Positions 25,896 through 39,109 of a stretch of 64,000 bases of DNA are shown one piece after another. The stretch lies in NCBI GenBank assembly GCA_038087875.1, contig CM075986.1, positions 18,042,001-18,106,000 on the forward strand. The letters run 5' to 3'. Positions within the stretch are counted from its first letter, which is position 1; each line of letters begins with the position of its first letter. The notes under the pieces were generated by a model. The model was not told where the DNA came from and searched no databases. It saw only the letters and a program-made list of their open reading frames with translations. A program made the position numbers and the translations under genes. The stretch is from Malacoraja senta. Lineage: Eukaryota.

Positions 25896-26079
25896 AAGAT
25901 TTTAAATTGTTCAATGAATGAAAATTAAGATATGCAAATTGAAAAATATAACTGAGGTTTAAATTCATTTACTTAGAGTTGAAGTTAAGAGCATCAACTC
26001 TAAGCAAATGAATTTAAATTTCAGTATATTTTTCATTTTGCACATCTTAATTTTCATTCACTGAACAATTTAAAATCTT
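25896..26079. repeat. Long AT-rich inverted repeat (about 87-bp arms, 11-nt loop)
   Basis: aagattttaaattg...agagttga / tcaactct...caatttaaaatctt, about 7 differences. Confidence 0.92.
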
Positions 26080-27604
26080 ACCATTTGGTTTCTCATTAGA
26101 GATCAGATAATAAACTATACAACTCACTAAAGTGGACGATAATACAGCAGTGTTACTGAATCACATAATTCCAAAGCAACGTTAACTTTAATAAATCAAT
26201 AATTTTTTATTCAGATATTTAAATGGAAAAGTTAGTGCTTGAATAATTTCAAGTTTTAAATTATTTCAAATGCTTAAAAATCACTCAAAGGAGATTAATA
26301 AAGATAAGGAATTCTACTGTTTTTATACTTTCAGGTTAAGTACAAAAAATTAATTGGAGTACATAGAAACACAAAGAATGGAAAAAAAACATTTGAAACA
26401 AGCAGGCTTTGAAAGTTTTAAAGGCTGAGACTACGGTTTGAAGAAAATTAATAAATACAAAAGTGGTTGGAATTGAATGACTTGATGAGGTTGCCTGAAG
26501 TTGGGAGAGAGGGTATAATCCCAGGGAGCCTCTGCTGAAGAACAAAGAAACAGAATTTAACACACACACTACCGCAGCAGAGGTCTGAACAGTCGTGAAC
26601 ATTGTGTTGGTGGGAAGTCATTTGAGCATAACTTTGCTGCGTACAATTGTAGACCTTATCAAAGACAGTAGAAACAAGGAACTGCAGATGCTGGGAAAAA
26701 AAGAAGACACGAAGTGCTGGAGTAAATCAGCGGGTCGGGCAGAATCCCTGGAGAATATGGATAGGTGACATCTCAGGTCGAGACCCAACTTCAGACCTAT
26801 CTTTTGACAGTCACCTATCCATGTACAAGACAGTGATGTGCATTGTTTTGTAAAGTGCTCAAGGCTAATGTCCTCAAGTAGAAAATATACATACAAACTG
26901 CAAGATCTTGATTGAAAATACATTTTCAAAACATTTAAGACTTTTCAAGCAAAGAGAAACTGAATAGTAAACAGTACTTGTTTTACTGTCGTCCTGTTGA
27001 TTATCTCTGTCTGAACACTCATTGTCACCTCACCCACTGCCAACAATCGCCTATAGTGTGCCCCACATTTCCTTGATTATTGTTGCTTTTTGCATATCTT
27101 CCATTCATTTTTCATAAGTACCATCTATTTCTCTCATTCCCCTTTCCCCTGACTCTCAGTCTGATGAAGGGTCTTGACCCGAAACGTCATCTTTCTTTTT
27201 CTCCAGAGATGCTGCCTGACCCGTTGAGTTACTCCAGCTTTTTGTGTCTGTTTTTGCAAACCGGCATCTGTGATTCCTCCCTTCACACTTCCATAACTTA
27301 CATCCTTAAAATAATGGTCTTATAGGGGTGAACTCTGCAGCACCAGATTTTAATATTTTACAAGTCAACTGAAATATTGAAGAAACTAGTAGCATCTGTT
27401 AAGTAACTCAACATCCTTACCCCCTGTGCTGTAAAGCCATGAAGTGAAAGAGAGCTAATCATTCCCCTATTGTACTGCTCACCTCGTTTTTTATTTACCG
27501 GTAATTGAAAGGAATGAATGTTAAGTGAATTATACAAGGGGTTGGTAATATGCTGCACACCATAAGATTACTGCCTGACGCTCTAGTTGTTTTGGTCACT
27601 GAGA

Positions 27605-27868
27605 TAGAGTCATAGAGTGATACAGTGTGGAAACAGGCCCATCTTGTCCAGACCAGCCAACATGTCCCAGCTACACTAGTCCCACCTGCCTGCGCTTGGT
27701 CCATATCCCTCCAAACTTGTCCTATCCATGTACCTGTCTAACTGTTTCTTAAAAGTTGGGATAGTCCCGGCCTCAACTACCTCCTCTGGCAGCTCGTTCC
27801 ATACACCCACCACCCTTTGTGTGAAAAGGTTACACCTCAGATTCCCATTAAATCTTTTCCCCTTCACC
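27605..27868 (-). mobile_element. CR1-clade (HER1-like) LINE 3' end
   Basis: FTQRVVGVWNELPEEVVEAGT..TFKKQLDRYM; tail resembles the SINE tail. Confidence 0.85.
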
Positions 27869-27934
27869 GTGATGTTTTTAGTTTCGTTAGTTGTTAAAGT
27901 TGTTCTGACTGCCTATCGTGTCTTTCTATTGCAG

Positions 27935-28005
27935 AACATTGCTGTAACCATTCCCTCGAAACAACATTCATCTCTTCACAGTGGACTAAATTCACCAGGT
28001 GACAG
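27935..28005 (+). CDS. WNK4: WNK4 exon 9 (NIAVTIPSKQHSSLHSGLNSPGD)
   Basis: ttgcag| and |gtaaat; 71 bp, phase 0 to 2, joins to give SPGDSYASD. Confidence 0.88.
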
Positions 28006-29381
28006 GTAAATGACACTGACTTAACCGAGTAATTCACGACCTGATTTTTTTTAAACCTAAAATCAAATGACAATCCACTTTCAAAGATTTGTACACTGAA
28101 GCCCTTATCTTTAACATGTTTAAGCAAACACTTTAAAAACTGAACCCCACAATGTTTGTGACCCATGAGGCTACAGTTGTTTTTTTCTCTCAGTCTCATG
28201 TGCTTTAATTCATGTGCTTTGATCTTTCACTTTAACAAATTCTATCTAGACAACAACATGCTTTTATTGAAAGGGACAGAAAAATCCATATCGGGGAGAG
28301 TGGGTCGTTTGATCAAAGAGTTGATTCTGTTTATGGTGTCACAAGAAAACTATTGCACAGTCGTAAACAATTGATTGTCAAATCTTGTCAAATAACGTGA
28401 TGTTATGCAATGCTTTGTGCTTGCTGGTTTTACAATAAAGATTATTTCAGATTTGACAAAGAGATTACGAAAAATTGAAATTAGTGTCAAGTTTTGCCAT
28501 AAAAGATACTGTTCTGAGGAAGATAAAATAATCACATTGAGAGTAAAAGCTAAAGACTCGGGCTACTTGGACCTGACCCATGCTTGGTTACGACTCAGTA
28601 ACTATCGGTGAAGGGTAAATATCATGATCTATAGAAAAATGGAAGCATTTTACAACTTGACCATAAATTGACCCATAAAACATGTTACATTATATTTTAG
28701 TTTTACAATGTATCACATGTAAGGCAGTCAATAGAAATTGGTTCCCCGTGCCGAGTTTATTGTGAGTGCACGGGATTGTTCTTTTCCACTGGTACACTCG
28801 CAAGCAACCAGAGAGATTAATTCCATTCCTGATAGCTGTTCCCAGGGAACAAGAATCCCTGGGGAAATCCCCCATGATTATCATCTGAATAACCTGCAAC
28901 TCACAGTCACACAGCATGGACACAGGCCCTTCGGCCCAACTCATCCATGCCACCCAAGATGCCCCATCTCAGCTAGCCCCATTTGCCTGTGTATGTCCCA
29001 TATTACTCAAAACCTTTCCTATCCCTTTACCTGTCCAAGTGTCTTTTAGATGTTATTACTGTGCCTGCCTCAACTCTTGGGTTAAATCCAATAATTTAAA
29101 AATACAAGCTTGCTTCCAAACACTTACATTGGCACCTCACTTAGGATGTGTTCCCAAAAACGAAAACACCAGTGGAGTCAGCACTAAACAGGGCAACACT
29201 GATTGTGCTGCTGTGCTGGGGTCCTGACCCCAAAATCCTGTTATCATCTTTAAGATTCTCAGAAATTGAACCATGTAACTAATTTTCTTACAACTGGATA
29301 TAATCAAAAGATTGAACTAGTTGACGTAATTCTGGCCCACTATTTCACCTTGATATTAGTGCCCTTTTGTTCTTTATGCAG

Positions 29382-29523
29382 CTATGCCTCGGATGCTGCT
29401 TCTGGAATGAGTGACGGCTATGAAGGCCTATCGGCAGGAGAAGGTTCAGCAAATCTGCCAGTCAAACGCATCTCGAGTAAACTCGTCCGAAAGCGCGGTA
29501 GATCCAGGCTACGGATCCTTAAT
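29382..29523 (+). CDS. WNK4: WNK4 exon 10 (SYASDAASGMSDG...RSRLRILN)
   Basis: atgcag| and |gtaagc; 142 bp, phase 2 to 0. Confidence 0.93.
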
Positions 29524-30186
29524 GTAAGCACCATCCGATATAGCCAGGTTCCGCGCCAGCATTACATGGAAATACAGATGCTGCCAATCTTTTCTCCAAC
29601 TTTCACTTCACTGCACAGTCATTCAGCAGGTTTTTCATAATTTAGTAAACATTGCTGTCCATTTACATAGTTTAACTGATGGTTGAGAATCATTTGACAT
29701 AGAATTGTCTGTCACCCATGGATGAATTTCTTCCCACACTATCTGGACACTTTAAGGCAGTGCTTTATTGTAAATGTTTATTAATCATGCGTACCATAGA
29801 TATTAAAATGTGGCCCATGAAACTTATCTGGTGTCAATCTTTGGATCTTTGCTTCAAGTGAGGACTAAGAGTGGGTGTAGCTGATTTATATTCAGTGCTG
29901 CTTGGTTTACTGTGGTGGTTAAAACCTGAAAGTGTCATTGGTCCATTTTGTACAGAGGTTCTAGTCATCTCGTTCTAGTGGTTGATCCAGGGTCCCTGCT
30001 GTTGTAGGCTGCAGCCACTTGCATGATCAAAATGGAGTCCTTTGCCAGACCTAGGACTTAAATGCAAATTTGAAGTAAGCTTTATCTGTTGGTGCAGACA
30101 TTGCATAGACAAACTACTCTTGTTTGCATCTCCTCTTGGTATTGCTTCTATTATGTCCAGATTGTTGGATGGATTCCTGTCACTTT

Positions 30187-30978
30187 GCCACTTTGGTGGC
30201 AAAAACGGGAAGGCAGACTATTATCTAAATGGTGGCCGATTAGGAAATGGGGAGATGCAGCGAGACCTGGGTGTCATGGTACACCAGTCATTGAAAGTAG
30301 GCATGCAGGTGCAGCAGGCAGTGAAGAAAGCGAATGGTATGTTGGCCTTCATAGCAAGAGGATTTGAGTATAGGAGCAGGGAGGTTCTACTGCAGTTGTA
30401 CAGGGTCTTGGTGAGACCACACCTGGAGTATTGCGTACAGTTTTGGTCTCCAAATCTGAGGAAGGACATTATAGCCATAGAGGGAGTGCAGAGAAGGTTC
30501 ACCAGACTGATTCCTGGGATGTCAGGACTTTCGTATGAAGAAAGACTGGATAGACTTGGCTTATACTCGCTAGAATTTAGGAGATTGAGAGGGGATCTTA
30601 TAGAAACGTACAAAATTCTTATGGGGTTGGACAGGCTAGATGCAGGAAGATTGTTCCCGATGTTGGGGAAGTCCAGGACAAGGGGTCACAGCTTAAGGAT
30701 AAGGGGGAAATCCTTTAAGACCGAGATGAGGAAAAACGTTTTCACACAGAGAGTGGTGAATCTCTGGAACTCTCTGCCACAGAGGGTAGTTGAGGCCAGT
30801 TCATTGGCTATATTTAAGAGGGAGTTAGATGTGGCCCTTGTGGCTAAGGGGATCAGGGGGTATGGAGAGAAGGCAGGTACGGGATACTGAGTTGGATGAT
30901 CAGCCATGATCATATTGAATGGCGGTGCAGGCTCGAAGGGCCAAATGGCCTACTCCTGCACCTATGTATCTATGTATC
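30187..30978 (+). mobile_element. CR1-clade LINE, 5'-truncated, ORF2 C-terminus uninterrupted
   Basis: ORF 30042..30890: RDLGVMVHQSLKV...LYRVLVRPHLEYCVQFWSP...EGVQRRFTRLIPG...VVNLWNSLP. Confidence 0.95.
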
Positions 30979-31241
30979 TGTCGGAACTTTAAGTGTCTTG
31001 CTATCTCCAACAAGAGGTTGAATCGGAGCACTGTTCTCTGGCTCTTGCACGTTATCTGATGAATTGAACCTGATGCTCTAGCCTTCAAAGAACTTGGGCT
31101 GATGGCCTATCAGTGACGATTGGCAGCTGGAATTCTCCTGCATTTCGACGAGGAAATGCCCATCGTTGGCACAGATCACACCGGCTATGACCGTCAACTG
31201 TTGAAGAACGCTGATTGTGTCGTCTTCCAATCCCACTGCAG

Positions 31242-31358
31242 GTTTCTGACAAAGGAGATCGAGTTGTAGAATGCCAACTGCAGACGCACAACAACAAGAT
31301 GGTGACCTTCAAGTTTGACCTGGAGGGTGACTGCCCAGAAGATATTGCTGCAGTTATG
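31242..31358 (+). CDS. WNK4: WNK4 exon 11 (second CCT-like domain: [39 protein letters not shown])
   Basis: ctgcag| and |gtgagt; 117 bp. Confidence 0.96.
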
Positions 31359-31728
31359 GTGAGTAAAGCCTAAGAGAGGTCCCCTTCTGTAAGGGTGAAT
31401 TTGGTCTTCACCGGTAGTACAAAGAACAATAGAAAACCTACAAACCATTATGAATTAACTAGGGTCATTGACCTGAAACATGGTCTGTTCTTTCTCTGCA
31501 GATACTGCCCCACCTACTGGATGTCTCTAGCATTTTTTGTCTTGGTTTCTGATTTTCACCAGCTGCAGTTTTCTGCTTCTACCTTTCCCCCAGCTTTCCC
31601 TAAAATAACATTATATCTCTATAATACAAGATTAATGCAAGGGAGGCCACAATGATAAAGATCCGTCCTGGCAACTCCCGTCCTACTTTTGTTCCTTAAT
31701 GTATTTTAATATGATTTTTACTCTCGTG

Positions 31729-32012
31729 TTTTAGTTTAGAAATACGGCGTAAAAACCAGCCCTTCGGCCCACCGAGTCCATGCTGACCAGCGATCCCCGC
31801 ATATTAACATTATCCTACACACACTAGGGACAATTTTTTACATTTACCAAGCCAATTAACCTACATACCTGTACGATCTCAGAGAAAACCCACGTGGTCA
31901 CGGGGAGAACGTACAAACTCCGTACAGACAGCATCCGTAGTCGGGATCGTACTCGGGTCTGCGGTGCTGCAAGCGCTGTAAGGCAGCAACTCTACCACTG
32001 CACCACCGTGCC
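31729..32012 (-). mobile_element. HE1/V-SINE-like SINE (internally deleted)
   Basis: Reverse complement match to the 20093 copy. Confidence 0.85.
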
Positions 32013-32524
32013 ACACTTTTTTTTGTTCAGCCTGTGTTTTCTTCAATGCTGCTTGTGCTGCTGTAACAGAGTTATGTGACGATCACCTTGTAAGACTTAC
32101 TGGACCATGAACGTGAAAGATATCACTTAGGAATCGATGCTGATTCCATTTGGAATAAATGGCACAATCTTGGATACATCTTTATGTGACCAAGAGGACA
32201 CATGATCAGTGCACTAGTTATCCTCCTTTCACAGTGGAGGTGATGTGTGTCTGGGGACAACACTTCCAGTTTCCTGCCTTGCTGCCCTGGACCTCCACAT
32301 TGTGTCTCTTCACAGCATTGTGGTTGTGATCAGGAACTCCAGGGAATGAAGATATTCTCTGGAGTACTTGCATTAGCAGATGATCTAAATTGTCACAACT
32401 AAATTAAAGTGCTGAATTAAGAATCACTATTTTAAATGCACTGCAAATCTAACTATCATTCTCTTGTAACAAAGACAAAATGTATTGGCTATGTTACTGA
32501 AGCATCAACTTATTTTTGCCTCAG

Positions 32525-32710
32525 GTGGAGACAGGTTCTCTGGATGCTTTCAAGAGAGAGCTAGAAAGGGCTCTTAAAAATAGCGGAGTCAGGGGATATG
32601 GGGAGAAGGCAGGAACGGGGTACTGATTGGGGATGATCAGCCATGATCATATTGAATGGCGGTGCTGGCCCGAAGGGCCGAATGGCCTACTCCTGCATCT
32701 ATTGTCTATT
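32525..32710 (+). mobile_element. CR1-clade LINE 3' end
   Basis: ...gatcagccatgatcatattgaatggcggtg...aatggcctactcctgca tail. Confidence 0.85.
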
Positions 32711-32866
32711 ATCCCTTAAACTGTGATATTTGTCAATTAGATTATCAGTGAGAACAGTTGCCCCAGGAATACGCAGCTTATTGTTACTCCAATTAATACA
32801 GCATTCTCCATAAATGGTAAGACTTCACTGTATCACCGTGGCCTGATTATGTTGTAAATTGTTCAG

Positions 32867-33022
32867 GTCAATCAGGAGTTCATTCTACAGTCGGAGCAGG
32901 ATGGTTTCATCAGCAAGCTGCAAGAAATCATACACAAGGCCGAGGCTGTGTTGAAGAAGGATATTCACAATGCAGATGCAGCAACCGAGCAGCCAAGTAC
33001 TGCGAGCTCCTACGATTTGCAA
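32867..33022 (+). CDS. WNK4: WNK4 exon 12 (VNQEFILQSEQDGFISKLQEIIHKAE...)
   Basis: gttcag| and |gtaaga; 156 bp, phase 0 to 0. Confidence 0.92.
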
Positions 33023-33416
33023 GTAAGAGTCACTGTGTCTCATGAAATGATAAACCACTGCAACAACTCCTCTCCCTGTGCCCTATGGCCTTTAGATGGC
33101 AATGAAGGACTTGACATCTAAAGGCCACAGATGCTATATTGACAACAGGGTCTGAAATCTATTAACAAATCAATGTGGGAATCTAATCACCATGTTCCTC
33201 TTTAGTTTGCCGAGGCAATTTATTTTTTACTGATTGTTCATTTGATAGTTTAATATTGTGCTACTAAATTATTGAGTTAATAATTATCGTTACCAAAATT
33301 GCGCTGGTACTTGACGCACGTGTTACAATGTGTATGTTGTAAAATGAACAAATGAATAGCAATTGCTACTTTCATAACCTGTGTTGTAAATGTGTAATAA
33401 CTAATGTGTTTCATAG

Positions 33417-33474
33417 GGGGCAGAGAAGTCAAACCAGCCACCACAACATTCATCAATGTCTTCAGTTGGAATAG
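33417..33474 (+). CDS. WNK4: WNK4 exon 13 (GAEKSNQPPQHSSMSSVGI)
   Basis: branch-like ctaat, tcatag| and |gtaaaa; 58 bp, phase 0 to 1, needed to restore phase into exon 14. Confidence 0.8.
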
Positions 33475-33931
33475 GTAAAATATACATTAATGTCTGCTTC
33501 AAATAATTAGTCTTTATCTTTTACTGTGAAAGTTTTAAATTAATGCTCTTTCATCTGGACAAGCAAAACAGCACATTTAATTCATTGGAACACTGAGCTT
33601 AAAGGTCAGTAGTGCTGGAATTCCAGGAAACATATTCACAGACTAAAGCAAAATAAAATGCATGTATATTTTTAATTTATCTAATCCAAATTAGTAACAA
33701 TTATGTTGTTGAAATAGGTTGACTATCATTAAATAAGACGTTGCTTCATTCACTTCTATACAGCATGTAGTAATTTCTCTCTTGGACTTCAAATAAACAG
33801 GAAATGCAGATCAATGTTAGTCTAAAACATATCAACAAATTTACTCGGATAACTCTGGTAGCCTTTCTTCGTAGCCTTTCTACATGTTATTGAATTCAAG
33901 TCCATAACTTGATCTGTTTGTTCCCTGCAAG

Positions 33932-34003
33932 GTCTGGGCACCTCGCATAGCCACGTGGTACAGTCTCCGACAAGGACGTTTCTGGTCAGCCATGTTCCTG
34001 AAA
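33932..34003 (+). CDS. WNK4: Candidate extra symmetric WNK4 exon (GLGTSHSHVVQSPTRTFLVSHVPE), resembling the WNK1 RFIV exon
   Basis: ttccctgcaag| and |gtaagt; 72 bp, phase 1 to 1, open; resembles WNK1 ...TQVVHSAGRRFIVSPVPE. Confidence 0.72.
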
Positions 34004-35061
34004 GTAAGTTTGCCTTTCTATGCCCCTCGTCATTTTGTGTACCTCAGTCAGCCCCCCCCCCCCCCCAAGGAAAACAAATCTAGTCTACCCAGTCTCTTGT
34101 CATGGCTGAATGCTCCATCCCACCAATATCCTGGTCAATCTCTGCATCTTCTCCAGTGCAATCACTCAGTAACCAGAACAGTCAGAGATCCATTTGTAGC
34201 CTAATGAATGATTTGTATATTTGTGCCATCACCCCCTGTTCTTGTATTCTGTGCCCAGCTAATGAAAGTAAATATGCCATTAGCTTCATTAACCATCTCA
34301 TCTACTTGTGCTGCCATCTTTAGAAATCCATGGACATGCATACTGTTCTACAATAGTACCTCCGAGGATCGTTTATTCATTGTGCATATCGAAAATAGGT
34401 GCAGGAGTACGCCATTTGGCCCTTCGAACCAGCACCGCCATTCAATATGATCTTATCCTAGCAATATTAGTCCCACCAAAATGCACCACCTTTCATTTTC
34501 AATGTTAAATTATTTAGTGGTGACCAATATTTGTGGGTCCTGAGACTTGTTCTGTATGCTTGTTAATAATTAATCTGCCCTTGCTTGTGTAGGCAAGACT
34601 CAGGATAGACCTGAGGCTGTCCCAGACTTGCAGAAAGGACAGCAAAATGCATCCTCTCAATTTGGCCTGGATTCAGTTCCAGGTCCCAGAAACAAATGAC
34701 TTCCACTGCATGCTGATGAGATTGAACTAGAGGCTATAGAATCTGAAACAAATAAATATAATGGTAGTGAATATATATGGAGATAAAACTTCCCATATTA
34801 ACTATTATTATTGCACTATCTATAACACTCACCTATCTATTCCCTGCCCAGTGTTTTCAGAATATTTGTTATCATTGTCTTAGTCACACTTGCTTGAAAA
34901 CATCACATTGATTTTCCCAGTGGTAACTGCAATGTTATTTTTCTGAAGTTGCTGTTTTCAGATCACACAGGAAGAGTAATTTACCATAATGGTGATGTTG
35001 AATATCATTCTGTTCCAAATTGCGCATTGGTTAAATTGCTATTAATTTTTTATTTCAACAG

Positions 35062-36047
35062 CTTCATCAAATGTGACCTACCAAGCCAGAGCAACAACCC
35101 AACCAACTTCAAACAGCCGCGCATCGTCAACAACATCTAGCACTGTGACACACTCCAGTCATGACCCTGTATTGTTCTCTGAAAACGTACCCAGTGAAAT
35201 GGACCCGTTTATGCCTACAACATCTCTCCCTGCTGCTGCTTTTACTTCAAATACGTATCTAAACCAAGCGCCGAATCAGCAGGGAAATAGGCAGCATTCC
35301 GCCCAAAGAGAATCTCCAATAATAGGAACAGGGAATGTTGATACACAAAAGCCACCATTTCTGCAGCCACAGAGTACGGCCTGGCCACCAACTACCCAGC
35401 CCTTGTTTGTACTGGCTGACGTGCTGTCCTTGATGTGCATGAGTCATCTGGCCCATTCAATCATTCCCAGCAACTCCTCACAGTCACCTCTGAGACCACC
35501 CAGCAGGAACAACTCTTCCCCGGGCTCACCTTTGTTTTCACCGGTTAACCTTCCCGGCTCACCTCATCTATTATCTCCAGGACCATATGTTGGACAACAA
35601 CCAAGTAATGGCATCAGAAGTTTAGACCAGCAACTTGGATCATTTTCTGAATGCAATAGTTCTCATGCAGTACTTGGAAACGTCAGCCATTTGCCAGGAA
35701 CATCACCCTCTGCATTCAATCACTTGATATCATCAAATAGTAATGCTGGCTTGAGTCCATTATATCTAGATATCCCACGGCAGAAAGTAGTTCCTCCTCT
35801 ACGTACCATGCCAATTCCAATACCAACTTCTTACTGGAACTTACCAGAGACCTCTGCTATGCACTCGTATCCCAGTCCTATGTTTGGTCTTGCAGCTTCT
35901 CTTTCACCACAGCAGAACGGTGATCTAGGAAATTATGGAAACTCTGATTTCCACGGAAGAATATCAACTTCACCTTCTGTGCCTCAAACTTCTGTTACAG
36001 ATCATGTGGGCAGCTCAACCACAGAGCTTGAGAGCAGACAGTTCTCA
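35062..36047 (+). CDS. WNK4: WNK4 exon 14 (long Ser/Pro-rich exon)
   Basis: tcaacag| and |gtaagt; 986 bp open (ORF 35073..36068), phase 1 to 0. Confidence 0.88.
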
Positions 36048-36522
36048 GTAAGTTGGCTTGTAGGTTAAGAACACTCGATTTAAAATACTGTATTTCTGCA
36101 AATTATATTTCTGAAATGTACAATTAAAAGCAGGTATTCTTAGCACAAAATTGAAATATTCCAGTTCCTAGAAATCTGAAATAAAAACAGAAATAGCAGG
36201 TCAGGTAAGATCTGTGGAGAGGGTACCAGCAGTAGAATTTCTAGAGCAATTTCATAGCATTTTAGTCTCTCATCGGGACTAAAAAAAATCACTAAACTGA
36301 AATATTAACTCTAAATCTCCAGTAATTTCTTGGAGTTTAATTAATTTACAACACACTAATGGGATCAAGTTGAAAAACTACATTTCAATAAATAGACATT
36401 TTCAGACATTCTACATAAACAAATAACAATATGCTTCAAGGGTTATTTTAAATATTTTTTAACTATTGGGTTAAAAGAATGAAAAATACCTACCTAACTG
36501 AACATTTATGTAAATTTAACAG

Positions 36523-36619
36523 CTATTGGATATAAGTAACAACAACATACCACCAATGACTGTAACTGAGGCCTTAACATCACAGTCGGGAAAACCATCA
36601 CTGCCTTCTATAACTGAGG
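36523..36619 (+). CDS. WNK4: WNK4 exon 15 (LLDISNNN...KPSLPSITE)
   Basis: cctaact branch, ttaacag| and G|gtaagt; 97 bp, phase 0 to 1; end resembles human ...LAPISE|E. Confidence 0.8.
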
Positions 36620-39109
36620 GTAAGTAATAACTACAATTACAGAATTATACAAAGTTGCTGCATTGAACTATTTCAACTGGCAACCATTTGATTCTTCCAT
36701 CCATTCATAAATAACCTAATTTCTAATGTTTGTGTAAACCTGTTGCATATTTGTTCCAGTGATCACTTATACCTTTAATAAGCATAATTTAATAAGCATA
36801 ATAAAATATGCCATATTTTAATCTATGTGCTGAAATCTATTTTCAAAACAATGATTTGAATCTAAATGATCACACAAGATACATTTTCTATAAAATGTTC
36901 AGCCAAGGCATAAAGGGTACAGGTTGTTGAATGTGGAACATTTAGAAATTCTCGTGATATATCTTGTAATCTTCTTGTCCATTTATGAGGGACGTGGATA
37001 AGATGAATAACCACTGTCTAAAGTATTTGGACATAGGTTTAAGGTGAGAGGGGAATGATTTAAAAGGAACCTGAGGGTCAACTGTTTCTTACAAAGGGTG
37101 GTGGGTATATGGAAGGAGCTGCTTGAGAAGTAGTTGATGTGGGTACAATGGTGACATTTAAAAGACATTTGGACTGGTGCATGGATGGGGAAAGGTTTAG
37201 AGGAATATGGGCCAGCAGGGAAAAAGGCCTAGTTTTGTTGGGGCATCTTGATTGACATGGACGAGTCAAGCCAAAAAGCCTGTTTCCATGCTGTATGACT
37301 CTATAACATTGTTGGGATGAAGAATAATGAGTTTGGAAATTTCAATACCCTCATCAATGGGTGTTTGCTGTCTCATTAAGAGAACTCACAACATATAGCA
37401 TGTTCTCTACAGAAAGAAAGAACAGCTGGGCAGTGTGCTTTAACCTTTCCTTTGCCACACCATGTAGTAGTAGATTAAGAATATTGCTGGGAGTAGGTGC
37501 ATCTTAAATAACAAGCAATAAAATCCAGCATAAAATATGTTGATACCCACAATTTGCAAGTGTTATTGTTTTGTTTATTTATTACAGTGGGCTATATATT
37601 TACTTTCAGTCACTAATGTTAGGTATACTGAATGTAACAGTTCTCTGCTTCCTAAATTCATTTTGATTGACTGCAAGAATGAAAGCATTAACTCCTTCCT
37701 GAATTGTTAGGTTCTTGTTTGGTGTTTAGATGAGCAATACAGCATAGAAACAATCTCTTTGCTCCACTAAGTCTATGCCAAACGGGGTCTGTATTAGGTC
37801 CTTAGCCCATTAAACCCCTTCTATCTCTGTACAAATATTTTTAAAAAATCATATTTCTATCCGCTTCTACTGCTTTCTCTAGTAACTCATCCAGATACAA
37901 ACTACTCTGAGTGAAAGAATTGCCCTGATGTCCCTCTTAAATCTCCCTCCACTCACCTTAAGCCTCGGGCCTCTAGTTTTAGAATTCTCTGCCCTGCAAA
38001 AAAGATTGTGAGCGTTTGTTTACTTCATCCATGCCCTTCGTGATATTGTACACCACAATAAGGTGACCCCTCGGCCTCCTAGGCTACAAAGAAAAAAGTC
38101 GTAGCCTATCCAACCTCTCCCTATAACTCAAGCCCAGGTAACATTCTGGTGAATCTCTTCAGCACCCTTTCCAAATTAAGGGCAATGTATTAACGCAGAG
38201 TAGCTGTGAACTAGAACTAGTTCCTTCAAAGGAAACAGAACTTTTCAAAGGCGGCTGAGGGAAGTAATTTGCAAGTCTGAGTGGAGACCATGGGAATGGA
38301 TTAATTGGGCTACCCTACAAGGATCGGACAATGACTCAGTGTGCTGAATGGCTTCTTTCTGTCTTATACTCCACGAATATTTGATGAGGTGAGTGGCAGG
38401 ATAGAGGGTGCTGGATGAATAAATTCTACGACCCAGGGCTTTCGGTAGTTGTACGAATGTTAACAGAGCTAGAAGAGCAGGTGATTTAGTCGTGGAGTGT
38501 GGAGGAGGCAGCTGATTCTAGGTGGAGCTTGACTAGCATGCAAACCGATTGCAATATATGAGAGAGAGTTGTAGTTCTGTGTTCCACTTCCATACTCCTA
38601 AAAATTAGTTTTGCCATTTTTCTGAATATTTCTGTAAAATGTTAACAGACATAGCACCAGCTTTGAATTTAAATTGCTGTTTAATAAATAAATTGTAACT
38701 CATGACTAAGAAATTAATAATTAAGTGTATAAACACAACCCATTTGCCTGTATTTGGTCCATAGCCCTCTAAACCTCTTCTATCGATATTTTTGTCCAAA
38801 TGTCTTAAAAGTTGAGTCTTCTCATTAAAATACAAAGTGCTGGAGAAACTCGGATCAAGCAGCATTTGTGGAGGGAATTGAGACAACATTTTGGGTTGGG
38901 ACACTTCACTTTTATTATTTTAGTACATATCTTTAATTCATTTTCTGTGAATGTTGTGATCAGGATTTCCTTATTTTATGATCCAGTAAGAAAAATTGAT
39001 GAATAAATTGCTTACAAAATTGTATAATTTTTTTATGCGGTTCTCTTATAAGATGTATGAAAATTATTTGATTCTGGAAGTCTTTAACAAATATTTTTAA
39101 TATCTACAG

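Noticed and set aside
30042-30890. 282-aa ORF as a host gene
   Set aside because: It is a CR1 ORF2 C-terminus; the first about 48 codons are chance flank.
37413-37475. Alternative candidate for WNK4 exon 15
   Set aside because: Good acceptor but no phase-1 donor; 36523-36619 fits phase and homology.
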